Both the position numbers and the translations under genes were made by a program. From the NCBI GenBank assembly GCA_002189035.1, contig NEEC01000012.1, positions 1,798,001 through 1,862,000 on the forward strand: a DNA stretch of 64,000 nt, given 5' to 3'. Source of the DNA: Utricularia gibba. Lineage: Eukaryota; Plantae; Magnoliophyta. Below are positions 54,869 to 64,000 of the stretch, piece after piece. Numbering within the stretch: position 1 is the first letter of the stretch; each line of letters opens with the position of its first letter. The notes below the pieces were generated by a model, which did no database searches, had not been told where the DNA came from, and saw only the letters and a list, made by a program, of their open reading frames with translations.

Positions 54869-56409
54869 GCCTATAAATGTATATGATCAATTTCAATATA
54901 AAAAAAATACGTTCAAATTTATGAATGACCGGTTGATGAGGGCGGGTCGGGTACTCGGGTTATGGGGGTGGTGGAAAGTGTATTTTAAAAATATAATTAA
55001 AAAAATATATTATTTCATTTTCTTTTTTGTAACCGTGGATTGAATTTGGACCGTACAATCCAAAAGGGGTGCGCACCGAGGAGGGATAATGTAATTAATG
55101 GGGACTAATTAATTATTTGCGCCTGTTATCCACCCTAATCTCCCGGCTTTCCATCTCTCCATATTCTCCTTGTTGGGTAGCTCCGCGACAAGCAGCAACC
55201 ATCACCAACTGCCCCCATCAGATAGCCCTCCTTTTTTAACCTAATCATGTCTAAACCCTTCGCCTCTCTTGTCTGCCTCCTACAAAGTCATATGTAAGAA
55301 AAGGGTTCAATTCTCCAACACAAATAAGTTGCAAGAAAAAATACAGTGAAAATCCTATAAATACTCTTCTCCTTTCTCATTTTTTGTACATTTCCACTCT
55401 TTTCTCTCCCAAACCGGCCGTCACGGAGCATGGCGTTGAGAAACCCGACTGCAGACACAAAACGGATTGACACTAACCAAGCATCCTTAACTGACTGTGC
55501 ATTGGGATGAATTAGAAATATGACTAATTATTAGATATTGTAACAGAAATATAATTGTTTATAATGTAAATTTTTTAACTTAATGTGTAAAAGAAAATAT
55601 GGATGACCATTTTCCTAAATAAACATAACAATTTATGCACCGACCGACCGTCCCTTAGGCTCCATACTCTGCTATTAATATATGATTATTTGGAGAAAAT
55701 GATTGTTGGACAAGGTCTAGTGCTTGGCTATGTCTCAGGGCGCAAGTTCTATCCACCAGGAGGTTGTATTTATAGAGTCTGAATTTTGATACATAAGTAA
55801 AAATGATTAAAATTTCTAATAAAAATCCAATTTTTTTTTATGCCAAATGATTTGCAAATTTATAAAACCATGCAATTAACTCGATTTTAAAACCTTATAT
55901 TCAAATTTCCAAGTTTTAATTTTTATAATTTTATATTTTTCTTTATTTTGGGTAATCAATGCACATTTACTTAGAATTGGGCCAAGTGTTAATTCTTTTG
56001 CGAATTGGGCTGGATCTTGGGCACAGCGGACGGCGGCCCTAATTAAATTGTGGATTGGTTAAATTTGATTATGATACTAAATGTAAAATATTTTTACACG
56101 ATATTATTCATTTTGAACGAATCTCATAATTTTATTTATTCCTTTTAAAATAAAATATCTCATCCATAATCGATGTATTATTTATCTAAGTTACTTAAAT
56201 ACTTTCATTGGGTCGCGCCTTATTGTATGATCACTTTTATAATTAAATGACTGTATTTAAAAAAAAAAGAAGAAACTTGAAATTACAGTCTGCCTGTGTT
56301 GCATTTTGGAAATGGAAGAAGCCTGGTACACTGAAGCATTCTCTCACCATGACGTCACGTTGAACTCGTTCCTAACTCTGGAAGAGCATCATCATCTACC
56401 TCATCATCT

Positions 56410-58078
56410 TTAGCTCCAAGCTGAGGCTGATACCAGATTCCTATGCTTCCATCCCAAGAGCATCGCCCCGTTCCTCTCCACCAGGGTATAGTTCTCTGAG
56501 TAGCACTTGAGCAAGTCTCTGATCACTGAGTTCACGTAGGAGTTCAGAGGGAACGGCCGGAAACCGGCCATCGTGAATCTGGCCGTCCATTTTCCCAGCA
56601 GCTCATGTCTCTCGACTCTCTCCTTGCCTTCACAGGCGATGATGTTCACAATGTCCCTAGCTAGACACTGCTGCTCGACATTGATCCGTTCCTTCCGGTC
56701 TCGTTCCATCATCACGTCGATGGACTCGAAGATGGAGGAGTAGTAGTCAAGGGCTTCTATGAATCTGGGAAGAAATGGAGCTGTGTTGGTGTTGGACTCC
56801 TGCTCTACCAAAGTCACAATCTTTGGATTCAGGGACTTTATCATTCGCAGAAGCCCGTCTCTCGGATTTGTAACATCCACGCTTTCATCTGGTGTGTGGT
56901 GCAATTGCAGAGGGAAGTTCACAGCCAGGGCCTCGCCGGGGAGAACCTGAAGCGTTTCCAGGGTGATATCCGGCGCGAAAACTGGCACCGGATGAAACTG
57001 GACTGGTATCTTGAACTTTTCCGACACCGCCGCCAAGCGTTTCCCCACTAACTCCAACCCCGATCCTCGAGCGTGTTTCGACATTGGATCATCGATACCA
57101 GTGATGCGAACATGTGGAGGACCCCTGGCCGAGCTGCTAGCGCTGCAGCAGAGTCATCCATTGGGTTCCTTGAGCTATCTGGAAGTCGACAATGTGGATT
57201 CTCTCCTCGTTCTTGCATGCTTCTGCGATGGCTCCGTTTGCAGCCATGTAACCGAATTTCAGATACGGGCAGATCTCATAGAGGATGTGCATGTAAGTGA
57301 GCAAGTCCTGGCCCTCAGGCTCATTGCATTTCAGTGCTCTATAGATCTTCGTCCCTGATAACTCTGTCCTTGCCACCAAACCTTCAAGCATATAAGCACC
57401 AAGCCGCTGAATCGGCTCTCCACTGATTGACACGCCTTTCCGGCAACATTCTACGAGCTTGTGAAACTCAGCCAGTCTGTTCTCCGACAGGGCTTTAGCA
57501 CACCCGATCAGCAGCTGCTTCAGATTACTGGGACTCGGACTGGGAAGCTCCTGTCGAAAGCTCTCATGATAATTCATTTGATTACTCCAATGAGAACCCT
57601 GATTCCAGTTCGACATCGTGGAACCTGGCGTCTGAGGCCGCCTACTGTCGTTCAGACGAGGGTCTTCAGATGACGCTACTTCCTCACCTTCATAATCCGG
57701 ACCCATGAGAGCATGTTCCAGCTCTAGTAAAGCTTGCAGCCCGCCGCCACAAGTGGTTTCGTATGGATGCAAGGTAGGAGGAGAAGGAGCAGAGTAAAAG
57801 TATAGCTTATCTTGGCGATACAAGGGATTGGAGAGTAGCGATGGTGACTGAAGCAGATTATGATCCAACGAAGGTTTCATGTAAAAACTTTTAGCTTCAG
57901 AAGGATTATCCCTTGAGCTAACAATCTCTGTGTCCAAATGTGTCGAAAATGGGGAATCTGGGGAGCTTCCAGATCCAAATTTTGTGGATTCAAACACTTG
58001 GGAGTCTATGGAATTGGGGTATGAGTAAGAGAAATCTGGTTGAGTATTCGCTGTATATTCAAAGTAACGAGTGTCCAT
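56410..58078 (-). CDS. GRAS transcription factor, PAT1 clade (CIGR1-like), with two -1 frameshifts at about 57122-57143
   Basis: LKQLLIGCAKA, VSISGEPIQRLGAYMLEGL, YEICPYLKFGYMAANGAIAEA, RIHIVDFQIAQGTQW (VHIID), LHHTPDESVD, TLVEQESNTNT (PFYRE), NIIACEGKERVERHE, LVSASAW (SAW). Confidence 0.93.
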
Positions 58079-58692
58079 CTTCAACAAGCAAGCATCACAG
58101 CATATAAAATTCTGGTACCCTGCATAACATATCAAGAAGCAACTTTTGAAGCACAAGTAGAGAGAAATCGTGTTTGTATAGAGAAAAAAGAAACAGTCAG
58201 TTACAACTCTTGGAAACTGCAACTGGGTAAGCTAGATATGAAGAAAAGCATGAAAATTGGGGTCATATCTGACATGGGTCTATCAGTTCCACCCTAAAAT
58301 TGAGTGCAATTACAGGAAAGAAAACTTCTGCAAAGTGTTGGAAGAAAGAGAAGCAGACGCAGATCCAAGAATAACGAGGAAAGTACCTGATTTTGTTGGG
58401 TTACGAACGAGGAGAAACAGATGTAGATCCAAAAAAGAAACAGAAAATATATGGTTACGTTCCCAAGGAAGCAAGGTTTGAATTCAAAGATGAGAACAGG
58501 GAGGCTGAGGAATTCTGTGTTTATACAGAAGAGGATTACCCAAAAGGAGGACGGTGCGTGGAAGGTGATAGATTTGTAAAGGAATTGGGAGATTGGGGGA
58601 CCGGGTTCCGAGTGATTTTGTACACACAAAACTGCGGTAAAGGTGGTGTTTTTATCCAAGATGATGCATTTGTTGAACTATTCAAGCCACGC

Positions 58693-59195
58693 TTTGACCA
58701 TTCGCTGACCACTGACTCGCACCCCATTCATTCCTATGGATCATTACGACTTTCTGTGTAATCTTTCACGCAATCTTTGGTGATGCGCTCTGTGTGTACA
58801 ACGACAACGACGATACAGACAGAGAGTGATTCAGTAGACAGCGCCATATCAATACCCAAACCCCGTGCAAAAAAGAAGAAGGATATGCCGACTGTTTAAA
58901 CTCGAGTTTGAACCCAGTTCAGAAATGCAGCAACCATTCTCCGATTCATTACACTGGAAGGCGTTTGTTGATTCCGGTCGTCAAAGGACTAGTGAGCTTG
59001 CAAACGGACCTGTGGACTGAGGTGTGCTTAAAGTTCTGGTTAACGAAACGATGGCTGCGACGGCGCGTGATGTAGAATTGCGGGGGGACATGTGGAGCCC
59101 AGGTGACGTTTAGGCTTGCGTGTAAATTAGACGCGCCGTCCGGGCACCTACTGCTGCTGAGATGGCAACGCGTGCGTGTTGGCCCCCACACGTGG
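58693..59195 (-). promoter_or_regulatory. W-box, CGCG-box and G-box motifs upstream of the GRAS gene
   Basis: tttgaccattcgctgaccactgactc at about 58693-58718, ggcgcgtg at about 59063, acgcgc at about 59131, acgcgt at about 59168, cacgtg at about 59189. Confidence 0.5.
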
Positions 59196-60250
59196 AAACC
59201 ACCCACACAAGTCCTCCACCTTTTATTTTTTGCATTGACTGACGCCTCTTCTTCCTTCACCTTTCAATTTTGATTAGATTTTCAAACATGAATATTTTTA
59301 TGTATACTTTGTGACCCCATTTGGAAATTTGTTTAGGCCTCTAAGTATATGTGTATTGAAAACTATATTTATTTAATATATATGTTGTGTAATTTATAAA
59401 AAAATCATATAACTCATTTTAAGAGAAAATTACAAGAAAAAACTTTAAATTTTGGTTAGTATAAAGAATTTAATTTATGTTTAAAATTACAAAAAAAAAA
59501 AATTCAAGTTGTCAAAACTATGCAACAAAATTAAGCAGTTTTCAAAATTTTATAAAAGTGAATTTATATGATTTTAAACTCAATAAAATTTCATGTTATG
59601 ATTTTTTGTATTCACGTATGGAATTCAATGAATCAAATGATACTCATGTTACAATTATATCGTATTTACGTTCTCGTATGATGCATCATTACAATGACAT
59701 TTGAATCATACTTAATAAATTTTGATAAAATGAGAAATTAATACAACTTAATAATTTATTGATAAACTGTTTATAAAAAAAAAATTGAGAGGTCTATAAT
59801 ATAATTTTGAAATTTGAAATTAAACTTTTTAATATAATTTGAAGTGACATTATCAAACTTAACTTCTCATTTTACTCATATTTTAAATATATTTATGAAA
59901 AAATATTTATTAAATATATTTTCAATTATAATTATACAACATGTTATGAAATTACCCAAAACATCTCACGCATAAAAACTTAGCAAAAATGGGTTTCATT
60001 AAAAAAATTACACGCTTATAGGAATCTAGCTTATGAAAGTATTATTTATATATTATTATAAAACTGAAAATATTCCTATGTACAGACATATAATCAAGTT
60101 TGGTCCCTGCCATCAACTCGAACTGGTTCGGCAATGTGTACACTTGGTGTATCATATAAGCATCCAGGCTTGACTGCCAGCGCGTTCCAACGCGCAGGCT
60201 GCTCCTCTGGTGTGTCTGTCTGGTCTGCTAAAAGGGCGAAACCATTTCCA

Positions 60251-63200
60251 GCAGCGCCAGTATTGAGCTCCTCTGGATTCCAGGATTTCAGCGCCACCCC
60301 ATTAGTGTGGGAACAGAGCACTGACGCTCTCGTTTATGAGATCCTGGAAGAATTGTATTGCCTCCTCGTCGTCCAAGTCGAGGCGGAACTTTTCTTGTAG
60401 CTGCAAGGCAGATGATCGAAGTTCATGTTAGAGGAGGTTTAAAAGGGTGGGAAGGGCGAGGGAGCTTCACCTTGAGAATGCCCTTTTCGGGATCAGAGGC
60501 TATGTCAGGGATGTTGGAGCCGGCCATCAAGTGAAAGAGGTTCAGTATCAGGTTGCTGGACTTCCTGAGGATGTTGTATGCTTCACAGCAGTAGGATTTG
60601 AACCTGGTGTAGTATTGACTGCAGAAGAGGGAAGAAAGTTGTTAGGCCTAGAAATTTAACGTAATGGATACAACTATGAAACCTGGAAGATGACAAAAAA
60701 ACTACACAAATTCGATTTTCAAATGCAGAGATAGATGTCCATAGTAAAAATAATGGAAGAGTAAAGATGGTGAGATTAGATGAGAGTAGATTTGAAAAAA
60801 AAAAAAATTCAATGAGACACCTTTCTGCCCGCCCATGGCTTCCACCATTTCTTTGCACAGCTTCATGGGAGGTGGAAATGGCTTTGGTCTCGACCGAGTA
60901 TGAAACCAAAGTCAACATGAAATATGCGGCCATCATCTTGTAGCAGTAGATTATCAAGGTGCCTGAGGAAATCAGCACAACAATACTACTTCAATTATAC
61001 ACAAAAGGAGAGTTTGCGTTGCGGTAGTTACTGATCCAAAAATATTTCTCGAGAAAAAAAAAGATGAAGAAGACCATTTTGACACAAGGGGAAGATGAAA
61101 TCATAGTTAATCGGGCAACTCTCCAGTAGAGCCGTTCAGCCATACCTGTCACCAATTCCCAATATATACGTGATGACAGAGTATCCTGCACAGCTTTTTA
61201 TGAAAGTTTCCAAACAGGATGCAGTTATTCCAAAAGGCCCTTCTTCATCTGGGTGAAATTTCTGCAAGTAACTGGTAATACTTCGATGTTCTGATAGAAT
61301 CTGAAATAACGAGCGCAGAAATTGGAGCAATATATTAATTTGGTCAAAAATCAATTATTTCACATAGATCATGTTTACAGGAAATACCTGGGCTAAAGGC
61401 TTGGATGGAATGAATTCTAGCATGCCTTCATCCTGCCCTGTTGCTAAAACTCGGTAGGGTGTTAGGTGAAGGTCAAGGTTCTCCAACTTCAGGAGTCGAT
61501 CCATTAGTGTTACCATTTGGATAACCTATTTTAACATCTAAGTTGCAAAACTTAAGCTGCATATTATGTGTTGCCATTGCAGCTAATATGTAAAACGCAC
61601 CAGCTGGTCTTGGCGAAGATCATCACCCTTCTTGAAAATAACCTTGCATGTCCCGCCATTTGCAGTTCGAAAAGCCAGTCTCAGAGGATGCAGAGCACTC
61701 TTAAATATTGATGATTCTGATGCTATGATCCCTGTTATAAGGACCCTTGGTGCTAATGGACAGCGTATAGGCTGAACAAAAGGAAGTTCATTAAATCTCA
61801 TATCGTGAAACCTTTTTCTCTGGACAAAAGCTAATAGCGTGTCTGAATGGGTTAGAAGCATACTAAAAGTTGTTTCAATTCTATGGAAAGATATCTACCA
61901 TCATTAGATACCAACAAAAGAAACTGAAACACTTGAGGTACCTCATCAAAGTATGTGAGCTCACTAAGAAGCCCGGACAGAAGATGCCTAAGTTTTTCAA
62001 TTTTTTTCTGAGTTCCTCCCTTTACATTTTTTACATCCCTCATTATCGAACATAGCTGAGCTGTCAATTCAGTTTGCCGCACCAAACTCTGCCAAGCTTA
62101 AAACCATCCTCACTGGCATTTAAGCCTGAAGACATCTACAATGATAGATCATGTCAATCAAACTCACCAACGAGACAAAATACTCACAAGGAAGTTGAGC
62201 ACTGAAAAATAGAACCCATTTTTCTGGGAGGACCTTTAATATACTTTCTTCCAAATTCTCGTAGGTGCTATAAAATCGTCTTGCATATACAGGATCATGG
62301 AGTTCACTGCTACATACCACCGGAGAAAGCTAGCCAAGTCAATGTTTCTCATTGCTGTAAAATTGAAAAAGATTCGGATAAAAATATAACCAAAGAAATT
62401 TGAAGTGGTATGAATGCGACCTTAGCACTTCAAACTTACATCGCTGAACAAGGAAATGACTAAGACGAGACTTATCAGAACGTTCAAAACGCAGTGCATG
62501 GACCAACTGAAGAAGGTAGCACTGGAGCTCCCCATCATCAGCTCTTTCTAGAACACTCACAGCATATGCGCGGACCTGATGAAAAAGTCATACCATGGAT
62601 CTCTTATGCCATTGAATTTATGAATCCAACTCAAATCAGCCATACTTTCAGCCAACAAACTGAGGTGATTATTGAATTTCATGAAGGCAATCATCTTGTA
62701 GCCGAATTATGTGTACCAAATACTAACCAAGGATCTTTAAGTTAATGAACTGAAATGAATAAAACAGAACAAATATTAACTTCTTCACTCTCAAAAACTG
62801 GTGATAGAAGCTCCAGCGCATCACAGACATCAATTGCTTCCCACTTGTTCATCAATTCCAAAGCCTGTTTGGCTTCCTGAGGAAAGAAGAAAAGGAAAAA
62901 AGATCGCACTTAAAGGTTAATCAATTCAAAAAGACCAAACAAGAAGTTAAGGTTTATTTGCAATTTCCAGGAGCCAAATATTTGATAAATGCATTTGGAA
63001 TCTGAATGGCTTGATTTATCTTTTTGCCTTGAATTCATGAATTCCTTAATTAAATGGAGAATTCAACATGAATTTCAAGATAAAGTAGAATCACAAACCA
63101 AAAAGATAAAACACAGAATAACCCATAAATCTCCTTGCTCAGAGTTTTAAGAATACACGGATCTTCCCTCTTAAAAAAAGAAAAATAACGGCTCATGACA

Positions 63201-64000
63201 TAAAAACAAAGCAGTATCAAATCTTTGATGTGGTAATTTAAAAATGTCAGAAGAAGTATATGAGAAAACGCTTAAAAGTAAGGCTTATATGGTCATCAAC
63301 TCAACTACTGCACATCAAAATCATACCTGAACATCACTCCATTCAACACAGCGCAAAAATTTTGTCAGTGCCCTTTTATCAGACACCAATGAAAAACGAA
63401 ATTTCCAAAGGAGATGCTTCTCTTCTCCACTTAATGCCCTTGTTGGTGGATATTTAATATTCTCTGTATGGATCTATTAAATATCAGATGGTAAGTTGCT
63501 GACCCAAAAAGGCATAAATACATAGTAATTAGTGAAATCATTCCGGCGTTATAAGTCAAATCAATCAGCCATAAGCACCCACGTTAATTAAGAGATTTAC
63601 ATGAATGAGACATGCTTCATGGTCCACAAAAAGGATCACTGCATCTATGAAATTACAGTTGCATCCCTTAATGCATACGGTAGATGGCCAAAGTAAAGAA
63701 CATGCAGTGACAACAGGGCCAAAGATGGAAGAGCATCACGGGCTGAATTAGTAAAAAAATCATAAAACTTACTTTCTTTCTGTCGAGCTTGGTTTGAGGT
63801 CTTTATCAATAATTCCTCGATTTAAACTTCTTGCCAACTTAAGCTGCTTGTGTTCAGAAGGGTTGTTCTTTCCCACTTCAGGATCCCACACCATGACAAG
63901 CTCGTTTGTTGAAGCAATGGGAGATGGAATTAAGAATTTCGCACCTGACTCCTGTCCCTCACATAACAGTTAATTAAGTTTACGCATGCACCAGCAGATT
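60251..64000 (-). CDS. VPS34: Class III phosphatidylinositol 3-kinase VPS34, 3' part; five single-base deletions and a garbled last exon
   Basis: [137 protein letters not shown]. Confidence 0.95.

Noticed and set aside
53220-55500. GC-richer islands between GH3 and GRAS (gtgtccgtgtcc, cgggtcgggt motifs, short ORFs)
   Set aside because: They resemble fragments of small repeats; I could not define termini, a TSD, an RNA fold or a credible ORF.

Overview
Gene-dense nuclear DNA from a eudicot plant (spliceosomal introns, AT-rich intergenic tracts); no rRNA, CRISPR or prokaryotic features. Left to right: HGO (5' part, minus), a PME31-like pseudogene fragment, ATHB52-like HD-Zip I, a decayed Copia block with two solo-LTR insertions, calreticulin, PrmA-like methyltransferase, SEC61-alpha, MAP4K-alpha, PP2C, NUG2, SVR7-like PPR-SMR, a DUF4408/DUF761-type gene, CcdA, tRNA-Ser(AGA), PHOS32/34-like USP, BBX28/29-like, GH3.5/6-like, CIGR1/PAT1-clade GRAS and the 3' part of VPS34. 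Two results stand out. (1) The Copia block is circularly permuted (RT - single LTR - PBS - gag - PR - INT). RT is fused directly to the LTR start without RNase H or PPT, and an 11-bp direct repeat sits at the outer ends, as expected for a re-integrated autointegration circle. (2) Five genes right of about 42.8 kb carry 11 single-base indels, almost all in short homopolymers, including five in the normally essential VPS34; I saw none in the exons I read in the left half. This is most likely local long-read consensus error, not real pseudogenisation. There is also a weaker candidate MIR-like hairpin near 6.9 kb. All gene identities come from my recognition of the translated sequence, not from a database search.
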